59,304 nucleotides of DNA from a virus. Taxonomy: Duplodnaviria; Caudoviricetes. Within the stretch, counting starts at the first letter, position 1, and every line of letters begins with the position of its first letter. This document shows, piece by piece, positions 27,470 to 37,357 of the stretch. The translations under genes and the position numbers were made by a program. Below the pieces are notes generated by a model that saw only the letters and a program-made list of their open reading frames with translations, made no database searches and was not told where the DNA came from. The stretch lies in IMG/VR virus record IMGVR_UViG_3300037264_003947, positions 1 to 59,304 of that record. One strand, 5' to 3'.

Positions 27470-28135
27470 ATGAAAAAGTTATTTTTGATAGTAGGATTTT
27501 TACTAGCTGGTTTATGTCTATTTGCTGCTACACCTACTTACGATGAGCTAAAAACTATGCTGTCTCAAACTACAGCAGCTTTGGTGACGACAACTGACCA
27601 ACTAAAAGCCTCTAGCGATAAAATTTCCACTCTGGAAAAAGAAAATCTGGCACTAGAAGCGGAAAATAAAAAACTGGTCACTAATACAGAGGACTATGAT
27701 AAGGTCATCAAGTTCTTCCAAGACCTAGATCCTTCCATAAAAGATTATTCTGGTATTAAGTTATATTTCTCTAATGTCATACTTCCTACACTAGAAGCCA
27801 ATACACAAATGATTGCCCAGCTTAAAGAAGTAATAACTAAAGTAGATCAGATAGACATTAATTTATTACGGGATGATATTAACAAATTACTAGTTCCAGA
27901 TATACTAATATTAAAGAAAGACCTAGAAGACCTAATTGCTAAATATACTCAAATGAAGTATTTTGCTCTTGGACTTGGTTTAAATTATGATTTCCTTAAT
28001 AAGAAATTCGGTATTAATACTTTATTTACTTTAAGCATTCCTTATCTTCCTTTGAATGTTTATGCTGGAGCTTCTATTCCATTTAACGATCCTCCTAACC
28101 CTTCGTTAATGGTGGGAGTGCAAGTTAGGTTCTAA
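27470..28135 (+). CDS. Exported coiled-coil protein with a C-terminal outer-membrane beta signal
   Basis: Signal peptide MKKLFLIVGFLLAGLCLFA; ends in amphipathic strands ...VGVQVRF. Confidence 0.55.
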   Translation: MKKLFLIVGFLLAGLCLFAATPTYDELKTMLSQTTAALVTTTDQLKASSDKISTLEKENLALEAENKKLVTNTEDYDKVIKFFQDLDPSIKDYSGIKLYFSNVILPTLEANTQMIAQLKEVITKVDQIDINLLRDDINKLLVPDILILKKDLEDLIAKYTQMKYFALGLGLNYDFLNKKFGINTLFTLSIPYLPLNVYAGASIPFNDPPNPSLMVGVQVRF

Positions 28136-28149
28136 GTAAAGTTATTACT

Positions 28150-29310
28150 ATGAATAACTTTAATCACCTACAAATGCTTATAAAGAAAGCAATTCTTTAT
28201 AAGAGAAGACACTTAAAAGAAGACGGGGAAGTAGTAAAGAAAGAAAGAAAACTTCCCACTTCGAAAAATAAAAAAACAGAACTCAAAAAAATTTATAAAA
28301 AAATACTCACTGGAACTCCTTACGAAGAGAACATCCCTGTCTTTATGCAATTGATAGATGCTTCCCCTGATAGTTATATCAACTATGAGATGGGAATAAA
28401 TCTAGAAAATGCTTTAGAGATGGTTGATGAACTTATTAAAGGAAGTGGTGATTTTACTACTGATGAACTTAAGAACATCGTTAATATTACTAGAGGAGTT
28501 GGTTTTCCTGCCATAGAGCATTATGCTGCTGGTGGTAAGGCAATGCCAAAAGAAACACAAGTGTTCGGCGCTCATCATATGGATCAAAATGTAAATGAAT
28601 TAATGGGAAGTATAAAGCAAAGGAAAGATCCTTCTAGACAACTTCCAGCACCAGAGAAAAAAGAACTAGGCACTACAATGCCAGATACAATTCATAGAGA
28701 AGTATTGGTAAAGAAGTTTGACTCTAGATTAGCTAAAATAATTGGCTTTCCAAATGTAAAAAATACTGAATTCGGTAATATTGCTTCCAAGATGAAATCT
28801 AGTGGTATGAATACCAATAGAATGGCGTCTGCTATAGCAAAAATTATATTAGGTTCTACTAGTTATGAGGAAGCTAAAAAAGAAGCAGAGCAGAAATTAC
28901 ACCTAGATTTTTCTAAAGGTGATGATTTGTTTAGTAGTATGTGGAAAGAGAAAGCCAGACAAGAAGACAAAGTAAAGATAAAGCGTGAGGAGAAGTTTAT
29001 GAAACTAAGAAATTTTTTGAAAGAAATGAGCTTGCCAACAGTAGATAATCAACAGCAAGCAACGAAGCAAATTGAAGCTGCTTATATGGCCGCTACCAAA
29101 GGCCCAATGGACCAAGATGTAATGGGTGGCCTACACGCCGCTGCTACTTGGCTTCAGCAACAGCCAAATGTGGGAACAGATCCTATTATGATAAATCTAG
29201 CTAAGAAGGCAAAGATAGCAAAGCAAAAGTTAGATGCTGATAGATCTAAATTCTCACCTAACCAAGCCAGAAATACGACTGTAAAGAATGTCGAAAGAAC
29301 TTGGGGATAA
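28150..29310 (+). CDS. Hypothetical protein with a likely internal in-frame start at 28999
   Basis: 386 aa; internal GAGGAG SD plus MKLRNFLKE. Confidence 0.65.
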   Translation: MNNFNHLQMLIKKAILYKRRHLKEDGEVVKKERKLPTSKNKKTELKKIYKKILTGTPYEENIPVFMQLIDASPDSYINYEMGINLENALEMVDELIKGSGDFTTDELKNIVNITRGVGFPAIEHYAAGGKAMPKETQVFGAHHMDQNVNELMGSIKQRKDPSRQLPAPEKKELGTTMPDTIHREVLVKKFDSRLAKIIGFPNVKNTEFGNIASKMKSSGMNTNRMASAIAKIILGSTSYEEAKKEAEQKLHLDFSKGDDLFSSMWKEKARQEDKVKIKREEKFMKLRNFLKEMSLPTVDNQQQATKQIEAAYMAATKGPMDQDVMGGLHAAATWLQQQPNVGTDPIMINLAKKAKIAKQKLDADRSKFSPNQARNTTVKNVERTWG

Positions 29311-29559
29311 ATGGATCTATCTTTTGATTATATCAATATGACAGAAGATACTTTCAAAGTATCTTATGCCCCAAAAAAGATTTGGATTAATTTTTGGGGA
29401 AAGGGAAATTTTCTAAAAGAAGATTATGGTAAAATAATTAAACTCTTTGGTGATTTTCCTCATACTGAAATTATAATGATGAACCTGAATAAAAAAACTA
29501 GAGAAGTTTTAAGTAATTTATTCCAAGATTATTCACGCGTGAAGGTTTTAGCAAAATGA
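29311..29559 (+). CDS. Hypothetical protein
   Basis: 82 aa, translationally coupled. Confidence 0.55.
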   Translation: MDLSFDYINMTEDTFKVSYAPKKIWINFWGKGNFLKEDYGKIIKLFGDFPHTEIIMMNLNKKTREVLSNLFQDYSRVKVLAK

Positions 29560-29744
29560 AATTTAAAGAATTAAGAGAAATGACTACCAGTGATGGAACT
29601 GGAACAGACAATTTTGTTTTTCACCGCTTTTTTAATTCAGTTATGAGAAGACCCAACCTTGATAATAACGATACATTTTATACAGACATTAACCTAGAAA
29701 AAAAGAGAAGTAAAAAATGGAGAAAGAAAAAAAATGCCAGATAA
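29556..29744 (+). CDS. Small basic protein
   Basis: MKFKELREM...; ATGA overlap with the previous gene. Confidence 0.55.
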   Translation: MKFKELREMTTSDGTGTDNFVFHRFFNSVMRRPNLDNNDTFYTDINLEKKRSKKWRKKKNAR

Positions 29745-30153
29745 AGAAACAACCAATCCAGAAAATATATCTCCAATCCCAGCTCCAGTTACTCCCACTG
29801 TCGAGCCTACTACCACAACTACATCCACTACATCAGTCACGGCATCTGTCTCGGAGACTTCCACTGTTCCAGTTGTAGAAGAGGTAGAAGAAGATATAGA
29901 CCAAGAAAATATAGAAGAACTTACCAAAGATAAGTCTTTTAAAAACTTACTTGCAGCAGTGCCTAAAAGAATATTGGAACTTATCATTAAAGTGGTAGGT
30001 GGTAAAGGTGCTGTTCTAGCAGTAGGAACTTACCTATTTATATATACCGAAAAAATTCCTTTATGGGCTTGGCTTCTATTGGTAGTAATATTTATCGGTG
30101 GTAGATACGCTGATAAGTTGATTGACAGATTGACACCTAAAGGAACATTTTAA
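29734..30153 (+). CDS. Two-TM protein with a Thr/Pro-rich N-terminus, holin-like
   Basis: C-terminal TM pair. Confidence 0.5.
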   Translation: MPDKETTNPENISPIPAPVTPTVEPTTTTTSTTSVTASVSETSTVPVVEEVEEDIDQENIEELTKDKSFKNLLAAVPKRILELIIKVVGGKGAVLAVGTYLFIYTEKIPLWAWLLLVVIFIGGRYADKLIDRLTPKGTF

Positions 30154-31395
30154 GTGAGTGATGTTGGCGGACCTTTCAGTAGTTTAGTAACAGATAAACA
30201 CCCCTCTTATAAAAAGGCATTAAGAAACTTTAAAAAAAATGCCCTTATTAAGATGTATTTTGCTAATGAGAAATCCACCAAAAATAAAGATGAACTGGTA
30301 AGAGAAGACGGATCATATAAATTAAACCCTTTCTTAAAAGATGCTTTCAATTGGTTAGAAGCTGGAGCTAAAGAAGGGTTTTCTCCAGATAAATTTCATA
30401 ACTTAATTTACAATGCCTTTCATGCTCGTAGGGAAGATTTAGTTAAAGATGCATATAAAGATTGGCCTAATTTTGATTTTACTAAAGCTGAAAAAGTAAT
30501 TAAAGATTTTTTTCCAGCTTCCCTAGGCAATGATGTCACTTATCGTTATAGAGTTGAGAAATTTAAAGAACTTATTCTTTCTTTATTGCCAAATAATATA
30601 AAACAAAGCAAAGAAGAATTAGATAAAATAAAATCCACTGCTTCTAAACTAGCAACCAAGAAACTCAAAATTACTGAAGCTTCAAACGATAATAGTCTTT
30701 CACAAGAATTTTCAACTTTTTTCAAAAACTTAAGAAAAAAATACGATTCTTTAAATGTAATAAGAAATCGTATAAAATCCTTTATAAAAAATTGGGATAA
30801 TTTAGATATAGATAAAGCTAGAGTCATAGTACAAGAATATTATCAATTTCTAATAAAAAGATCTTCTCCTGCCCGAGAAGAAGCCTTGAAGACAGAGATG
30901 GAATTAGTTTTAGAAGTTTTTCCCTTGGGTATAAAAGAAACTCAAAGAAACATTAACCAGCTAAAAAATAATGCCTCTAAACTAGCAACCAAGAAACTCA
31001 AAATTACAGAAGCTTTACAAACAGTTAAGTTTCGTTATATGAGCGCTAGACACGACCCAGTCCCAGAAGTTAAAGTTCTAGACACAGAATATCCAGGTGC
31101 CGAAGGACAGAAAACCTACGGACAGAGACAGGACATTCTTGGTTGGAACCTTAATTACTTTGAAAACAAAAAAGAAGCTAAAAAAACTATAGATGAAATA
31201 GATGATTTTGCCAAAATTCTAGGTGCTGACAAGAAACAGAAATACGAAAGAATAAAAATGCTCTTCCCAGAGCAAGCTTCTTACTTAAGAAGATATATTA
31301 AGGACAATTGTAAGGGTGTTAAAATAAAGGAAGAAGGTCTATGGAGACCAGCTGACTGGGACGAGATAAAACACCTAAATACCCAATCCTTCTAA
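30154..31395 (+). CDS. Modular hypothetical protein with a duplicated domain
   Basis: ASKLATKKLKITEA occurs twice (30640, 30973). Confidence 0.7.
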   Translation: MSDVGGPFSSLVTDKHPSYKKALRNFKKNALIKMYFANEKSTKNKDELVREDGSYKLNPFLKDAFNWLEAGAKEGFSPDKFHNLIYNAFHARREDLVKDAYKDWPNFDFTKAEKVIKDFFPASLGNDVTYRYRVEKFKELILSLLPNNIKQSKEELDKIKSTASKLATKKLKITEASNDNSLSQEFSTFFKNLRKKYDSLNVIRNRIKSFIKNWDNLDIDKARVIVQEYYQFLIKRSSPAREEALKTEMELVLEVFPLGIKETQRNINQLKNNASKLATKKLKITEALQTVKFRYMSARHDPVPEVKVLDTEYPGAEGQKTYGQRQDILGWNLNYFENKKEAKKTIDEIDDFAKILGADKKQKYERIKMLFPEQASYLRRYIKDNCKGVKIKEEGLWRPADWDEIKHLNTQSF

Positions 31396-31443
31396 CCAAA
31401 AGCGGAAACCATAGTAAAGATAATCTCAAATTGAGGTATTATT

Positions 31444-34125
31444 ATGTTTAGAGTATGGTCCGCTGGCGATGACTTAAAAAATGAAACCTTTTCCTCTGCT
31501 GATACAGCTAGACCTGGATATTATCTAGGTATTGAAGGATTAGAAGTAAGAGATAATGTCAGTAAGGTAGATCTAGGCAGACCCTTAAGAAATATTTGGG
31601 AAAATACACAACACTTAAGCGATTTTGATGATAGAATGTTCTATCATGTCAAGGGTGATAGTTCTGGCGTATTTAATAGATCGTTAGTCAATGGATTTTC
31701 TATCGGTGATACTGATATAGTAACCGTAACGGTAAATCCTGGAACTGGTGATACTATTAGGTTCTATGCTCGTCTAGGACCTGGAATTGCTTATCATAAT
31801 AAACATGTAGTTGTCAATAGACCTCAAACTCAAATAGCAGAAAGACAAATATCTAAAATACTTAAGCTTGATGACTGGAAAGATGAAGGAGTATCAATTA
31901 GATACTTCTTTAATACTGACATGTTTCAAGCGAAAATAACAAAGAGAAATACCAACGCCGTTCCAATAAGTTATTACTTTGTAGATCCTGCCTTCTATGG
32001 TGACAGCACAAAGTGGGGCGATAGTAGAGTTGGTTATTCTTCTTCATTAAAACTATTCGAAGCAATATACAATACCGCAATTTTCACTTCTAGCTGTAGG
32101 ACTTCATTAGGCGATAGCATCGACTTAATACAATGCGAACCAGTAGTAAACTTTAAGAAATCACAAATAGTTTTTGCTGGTGACACAATTTTCTGGGTAG
32201 TTAAGGCAAATGGAAGCGTGGTAGGAACAACTACTTTCCCCGCTACTACAGACCTTTGCCTATGGGCCACAAAAGTAAATATTACGGCACAAGCAGGAAC
32301 TACAGTAAATAAGGGTGACTCTAGAAAATTCATTCCTTTATACCACGATTTCGGTCAGCACCTATTCCTAAATGTTCCTAAAGAATGGGCAGATACAAAT
32401 ACTTTAAGTATGACTAGACCTTGGAGTGATACAAGAAATCACCCCTATACTTTTGTAACTAATAGAAATAGTTTCATTGTATTCTTAAGACAAACTGCTG
32501 GAGTTGGAACTAGTCCAATACTAGGATGGACAGAAGACAATGCCGTAGGAGTCACTCCAGCTAGATCTGGAGTTTTCTATGGAAACAAAGATTTAATCAT
32601 AAGTAGATGGACTAACGCAGGAGATACTCTAGGTAGAGCTTGGGCTTCTGTAATGAGTATGTCTGGTGACTCTTGGACTTTCTATGGCGATAAAGGCTTA
32701 AGAAATGGTAGTTTTTTTCCAATGGCTTCTTCAGGGCAAAATCTTGGAAGACCTTCAAATACTTGGAGAGTTTGGGGAGACTCTGGAATATTTACTAGAA
32801 GTTTAAGTATAGGCGATACTGTTTTTGTAAATACTGTTAAATCTAATAAATTAATAGGTGATACTGTTTTTGTAAATACTGTTAAAGCATTAAAGTTTGT
32901 AGGTGATACTGTTTTTGTAAATACTGTTAAAGCATTAAAGTTTGTAGGTGATACTGTTTTTGTAAATACTGTTAAAGCATTAAAGTTTGTAGGTGATACT
33001 GTTTTTGTAAATACTGTTAAATCTAATAAATTAATAGGTGATACTGTTTTTGTAAATACTGTTAAATCTAATAAATTAATAGGTGATACTGCTTTTGTAA
33101 ATACTGTTGCTGTTAAAAAACATTTAGCAGCAGACACTATCTTTAATTATGGAGGAGTTTATAGTACTTTTGCTGGACATAAATTAATAGGTGACACTGC
33201 TTTTGTAAATACTGTTAAAGCAAAGAAACTTATAAGCGATAGCATATTTACTGGAACATTAAAGACCGCCGGTTCTACAAATATAGGTACCACTTTAAAT
33301 GTAACAGGTCATACTATTTTAAATACTTTGGGGACAACAGGTGCTGCCACTGTTGGAACTACTTTAGGAGTAACAGGAGCTACTATACTTAGCTCTACTT
33401 TAGCTGTAAATGGTGATGAACTCACTAGTACATCAGCTTCATTTAATTTATTGAATTCTCCTACTACTATAACTATTGGATCTACCACTGGAACTACAAC
33501 TATAAGATCTAAAAGAACAGTTGTTGGAACTACTGATGGTGACTCCTTTATAGTAAGAGGTGGAATAGTAAGACTTGGTAGCGGTGACTCTAACGGAATA
33601 TTCATGTTAAGCAGAAGAATATCTGCTGGTGATACTGGAAAGAGAATAACTACTGCTGGTGGTGATACAGGCATTCTATTTAGAGGTTCTATAAACGCTT
33701 ATAAAGTTTATAACGCAGTATGGAATGACTACGCAGAAGCTTTCACCTTTGATCCAAAAGAAAAACATCTAGTAGCTGGATATGTTTATGCACAAGGTCC
33801 AGATGGAGCAGTAAGGGCTAGAAGAAGAGCAGATAAAGCAACACTAGGAGTTTTCTCTGATACTTACGCAATGCTACTTGGTTCTAGAGGTTGTATATCA
33901 GAAGATAAGAATGGAACTAAAATACCTATAGCTCTAGCTGGTAAGGTTCAAATTTATGTTAGAGGAAAATTAGGTATAGGCGATTTGTTAGTTACTGATA
34001 AAAATGGATTTGGTGTAAAGGCCAACTTCTTTGAGCGAATATTTAAATCAGATAGAATACTTGGTAAAGTTCTAGAAAATCATAATGGGAATAATCCTTC
34101 TAGAATATGGATGTTAGTGAGGTAA
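31444..34125 (+). CDS. Tail fibre/spike with C-terminal intramolecular chaperone-like domain
   Basis: Beta-rich G/T repeats; C-terminal NDYAEAF...PIALAGKV...GDLLVT...GKVLE. Confidence 0.75.
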   Translation: MFRVWSAGDDLKNETFSSADTARPGYYLGIEGLEVRDNVSKVDLGRPLRNIWENTQHLSDFDDRMFYHVKGDSSGVFNRSLVNGFSIGDTDIVTVTVNPGTGDTIRFYARLGPGIAYHNKHVVVNRPQTQIAERQISKILKLDDWKDEGVSIRYFFNTDMFQAKITKRNTNAVPISYYFVDPAFYGDSTKWGDSRVGYSSSLKLFEAIYNTAIFTSSCRTSLGDSIDLIQCEPVVNFKKSQIVFAGDTIFWVVKANGSVVGTTTFPATTDLCLWATKVNITAQAGTTVNKGDSRKFIPLYHDFGQHLFLNVPKEWADTNTLSMTRPWSDTRNHPYTFVTNRNSFIVFLRQTAGVGTSPILGWTEDNAVGVTPARSGVFYGNKDLIISRWTNAGDTLGRAWASVMSMSGDSWTFYGDKGLRNGSFFPMASSGQNLGRPSNTWRVWGDSGIFTRSLSIGDTVFVNTVKSNKLIGDTVFVNTVKALKFVGDTVFVNTVKALKFVGDTVFVNTVKALKFVGDTVFVNTVKSNKLIGDTVFVNTVKSNKLIGDTAFVNTVAVKKHLAADTIFNYGGVYSTFAGHKLIGDTAFVNTVKAKKLISDSIFTGTLKTAGSTNIGTTLNVTGHTILNTLGTTGAATVGTTLGVTGATILSSTLAVNGDELTSTSASFNLLNSPTTITIGSTTGTTTIRSKRTVVGTTDGDSFIVRGGIVRLGSGDSNGIFMLSRRISAGDTGKRITTAGGDTGILFRGSINAYKVYNAVWNDYAEAFTFDPKEKHLVAGYVYAQGPDGAVRARRRADKATLGVFSDTYAMLLGSRGCISEDKNGTKIPIALAGKVQIYVRGKLGIGDLLVTDKNGFGVKANFFERIFKSDRILGKVLENHNGNNPSRIWMLVR
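32812..33110 (+). repeat. Tandem 45-bp (15 aa) repeat, about 7 copies, one more at 33190
   Basis: GDTVFVNTVK(SNKLI/ALKFV) units start at 32812, 32857, 32902, 32947, 32992, 33037, 33082. Confidence 0.95.
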
Positions 34126-34128
34126 GCA

Positions 34129-34773
34129 ATGGCTAAAGAAAATAGAATTTATTTAAATAGTTATAGAAAACCCTTTTATTTCGACAAAACTGGTGAAACA
34201 AAAAAATTGCCTAGTTGGGAAATACTGGAAGAATTTTTACAGAATATTGTTTTTAAAAAAGAAAGTTCTGGAGACACTGATTTTCTAACAATAAATCATT
34301 TTCTCATTGATTTTATTCCAACTAGTATGCTTACTTGGGGAATGAAATATGTTTCTTCTAGCCCAAAACAATATAAAATAAATTTTGCTTTTTCTATGTA
34401 TAATCTAGATCAAGCAAGTTTAGCAAAAAGTTGGTTTGATTCCTTTAAGCCTTACTTAAAAGATAGAGCTTCATATTTAATTTCTGCTACTGATTTTACT
34501 ACAACTATAAATAATTATCTAGAAAGAAAAAAAGTGACTGGTGATATGGCTATAGCAGATTTTGAAGATATTATTTATGTAGATAATGATGATTCTAAAA
34601 CTTTATATGATAATGTAAAAGTTTTAATGGGAAAGTTTGATGAAATAATAATCATTTCAAACATTAAAACACTTGACTTAAACTTACTATATTCTAGTTC
34701 GGAAGATGATATAATCTCTTTCCCTACCAAGAAATTAAAACTCATAAATAAGTATGATTTGAAAATAATATAA
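34129..34773 (+). CDS. Hypothetical protein
   Basis: 214 aa, directly after the tail fibre. Confidence 0.65.
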   Translation: MAKENRIYLNSYRKPFYFDKTGETKKLPSWEILEEFLQNIVFKKESSGDTDFLTINHFLIDFIPTSMLTWGMKYVSSSPKQYKINFAFSMYNLDQASLAKSWFDSFKPYLKDRASYLISATDFTTTINNYLERKKVTGDMAIADFEDIIYVDNDDSKTLYDNVKVLMGKFDEIIIISNIKTLDLNLLYSSSEDDIISFPTKKLKLINKYDLKII

Positions 34774-34782
34774 GGCAAAATT

Positions 34783-35151
34783 ATGGCATATACTTGGATA
34801 GGCTCAGTAGTTCGTGGTGCTAAAATAACAAATGAACTCGTATCAGAAATGAGAGTGCATGGGGATACTATTGCCACATGGAACTTAGCAAGAAATCCAT
34901 CTCCTGCTGCTTGTACCTCATATAATAAATGGGTATATCCATTAGCTTCTGGAGCAGATTCATATATAGCTACATTCAGCCAAATATTTGATGAGCTTCA
35001 ATATAACTTAAATCATTGGAGAGTAAATAACTGGTGCAGAGGATATGCTGTAACAGCTCATGTAACTCAACATAGTAGTAAGCAACTATCTTATAACGCT
35101 ACACAATATTCTCCAGCTTGCAGTCAATGTGTAGCACAAGGATCAGGTTAA
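34783..35151 (+). CDS. Small protein with Cys-containing C-terminus, candidate rSAM substrate
   Basis: C-terminal HVTQHSSK..YNATQYSPACSQCVAQ periodic tail. Confidence 0.6.
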   Translation: MAYTWIGSVVRGAKITNELVSEMRVHGDTIATWNLARNPSPAACTSYNKWVYPLASGADSYIATFSQIFDELQYNLNHWRVNNWCRGYAVTAHVTQHSSKQLSYNATQYSPACSQCVAQGSG

Positions 35152-35152
35152 T

Positions 35153-35788
35153 ATGGCCAAATTTACTTCAAGTCAGGGAAATTTTGCTTGGACCACAAGT
35201 GGTGCTCCTCCAACTGGAGTTGATAGATCTAGAACAGAATTTAGTGCCTATATAACTGAAGTCAAGGCCAATTTTGACTGGTTACAAGATAATTTAGAAA
35301 GTTGTTGGGCTGAAAAAGTTACTAGATGTGCTACTAGATATGATACTGTATTAACTACTGCTTATGGAGAAAGACATACAACTGCTAATGATACACAATA
35401 TGATGTTCAGCATACTACCAAGTATAGTTCTAATAATAGCACTTATTGCAGTCTTCAAAATGCTTCAATAAACTGGTCAATAAATAGCACAAATCACTCT
35501 GCAATTAATGGAACTGATCGAAATGTAGATAATGTCGTTGTAGATTCTTCAGTCTATTTGACCAACAATGCTCCGCAAAATGGTTCCGTCTACTCCCCTT
35601 ATAATGCCTCACGTTGTACATCTTATAATTCCACAATTCATTCTTCTGTAAGATCTACGCAATACGGTAGCAATTGTTCTACTGTACAAACATCAGATCA
35701 TACTGGAAGAAATGGCTCTAACTATACAGGAAATAATGCCACAAATCACAATAGTGTAAATGCTAATTTAGATTGTCAAGTCGGTTAA
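35153..35788 (+). CDS. Asn/Ser/Thr-rich 4-residue-periodic protein, candidate rSAM substrate
   Basis: N/H/Y/C/D/R at every fourth position for about 150 aa. Confidence 0.7.
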   Translation: MAKFTSSQGNFAWTTSGAPPTGVDRSRTEFSAYITEVKANFDWLQDNLESCWAEKVTRCATRYDTVLTTAYGERHTTANDTQYDVQHTTKYSSNNSTYCSLQNASINWSINSTNHSAINGTDRNVDNVVVDSSVYLTNNAPQNGSVYSPYNASRCTSYNSTIHSSVRSTQYGSNCSTVQTSDHTGRNGSNYTGNNATNHNSVNANLDCQVG

Positions 35789-35798
35789 AAGGAATGTT

Positions 35799-37154
35799 AT
35801 GCATCAATTTATCTCAACAGAAGTGCCGCAAGCGTCGGTTTGTAATTTAGATTGCGTTTATTGTTATATACCCAAAAATAAACAACTAACAAAAATACAT
35901 AAAAAATGGGCAGAAAAAATTAGAGATGGCACTCACAATGAAGTAATGTCAGAATATTTTAATGGCAACTTACAGGCAATTAGTTTCTGGGGTGGCGAAC
36001 CAACCCTAGGCATGAACGATTTACAAAGAATAGATGACTTACTTGATTTCAACAAAAATTTAACTAACCTTTCTACTTCTACAAATTTTGCTAGAATAGA
36101 AAATTTAGAATTTTTAATAAAAAAATTAGATGATTACCAAAAAAGAACTGGGAGAAATCTTCATTTGGGTATACAGGTTTCTTTAGATGGAACCAAAGAA
36201 AACACTGAAAAAAATAGGGGAAAAGGAACTTACGATAAAGTAGTAAGTAATTTGCTAAGACTAAAAGAATTCTCTAAAGAGATAAATTTTTTGAAAGTTA
36301 GAATTCACATAAAGGCTACCAATACAGCAGAAGATTACGAAGGGTTTGCCAAAAATCCTCAAACTTTAAAAGATTTCCTAGATTCATTTAACTATATAAA
36401 TAACCTAATTTTATCCACACCTTTTCCAGAAAACTGGGATGTGTCTTTAAAAACTCTACCTACTTTATCGTTGCCAGGAGATTATACTAAAGAAGATGGA
36501 GAAAATTTTTATAAGTATCATGTAGAGCTTAAAAAATTATTAGATACTGACTATAAGAATTATGTCCAAGAAGATGACTATATATTTAGATTCAGAACAC
36601 TGTGGGCAACTCAATATGAATTGAATAGAAATAATTTCATATTTCAATGCTCGGCAGGAAATTGCCAATTACCCATAGATCCAGAAGCAATGGTTCATAT
36701 GTGTCATGGAAGTTTCTGGTTCAACCAAGAAAATTATTTAGAAGAAACAGAAAATTCGGCAGCTGGATGGTGTGAGGGTGAAAGAATAGTAGATTTTGAT
36801 GCCGATAAATTCTGGAATGTAACTAAATCCACTATGGTAGAATATAGAGATAAGTATAATTTTGCTAGATCCAAATATACACTACGATGTTTTAATGACA
36901 TGATAGATCATTATTTAGCAATTACTTACTCAACCATTTTAATGCTAGCCAAAGCGGGACAGATTAGTGAAATTTACAAAGATGATGATTGGGCTAAAAT
37001 GTTTGCTTATTTTTTGGTATTAAAATCTGGTTGCTGGATGAATGGTTTATTAACAACTGGATCAATTTTTGTAATGCCTTTAAGCATATATAGAATATAT
37101 GGAAATGGGACTTTTGAATTTATAGTTAGAGATTTTGCAAGTAAAATACTATGA
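35799..37154 (+). CDS. Radical SAM enzyme with partial SPASM/twitch region
   Basis: CNLDCVYC, FWGGEP, QVSLDG, CSAG...MCH. Confidence 0.9.
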   Translation: MHQFISTEVPQASVCNLDCVYCYIPKNKQLTKIHKKWAEKIRDGTHNEVMSEYFNGNLQAISFWGGEPTLGMNDLQRIDDLLDFNKNLTNLSTSTNFARIENLEFLIKKLDDYQKRTGRNLHLGIQVSLDGTKENTEKNRGKGTYDKVVSNLLRLKEFSKEINFLKVRIHIKATNTAEDYEGFAKNPQTLKDFLDSFNYINNLILSTPFPENWDVSLKTLPTLSLPGDYTKEDGENFYKYHVELKKLLDTDYKNYVQEDDYIFRFRTLWATQYELNRNNFIFQCSAGNCQLPIDPEAMVHMCHGSFWFNQENYLEETENSAAGWCEGERIVDFDADKFWNVTKSTMVEYRDKYNFARSKYTLRCFNDMIDHYLAITYSTILMLAKAGQISEIYKDDDWAKMFAYFLVLKSGCWMNGLLTTGSIFVMPLSIYRIYGNGTFEFIVRDFASKIL

Positions 37155-37357
37155 ACATAAAAGAAAAATTAATTGAAGACTGTAAAAATCTTATTATATT
37201 AAATAAACATCTAATGAATTTAATAGAGAATGAGTTAAGATTTAAGCCAGAGGTCGTTGATGCTCTTATAGAATTTTCAGATATTAGCAAAGAAGAAATG
37301 CCAAAACATACACTTCATAGCTTCTGGAAAGAAAGAATTACAAAACAAAAGATATGA
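37151..37357 (+). CDS. Small hypothetical protein between the rSAM genes
   Basis: 68 aa, ATGA-coupled on both sides. Confidence 0.6.
   Translation: MNIKEKLIEDCKNLIILNKHLMNLIENELRFKPEVVDALIEFSDISKEEMPKHTLHSFWKERITKQKI

Noticed and set aside
32812-33240. Diversity-generating retroelement template/variable repeat
   Set aside because: Repeats are tandem and in frame, differences are not adenine-specific, and no reverse transcriptase is in the window
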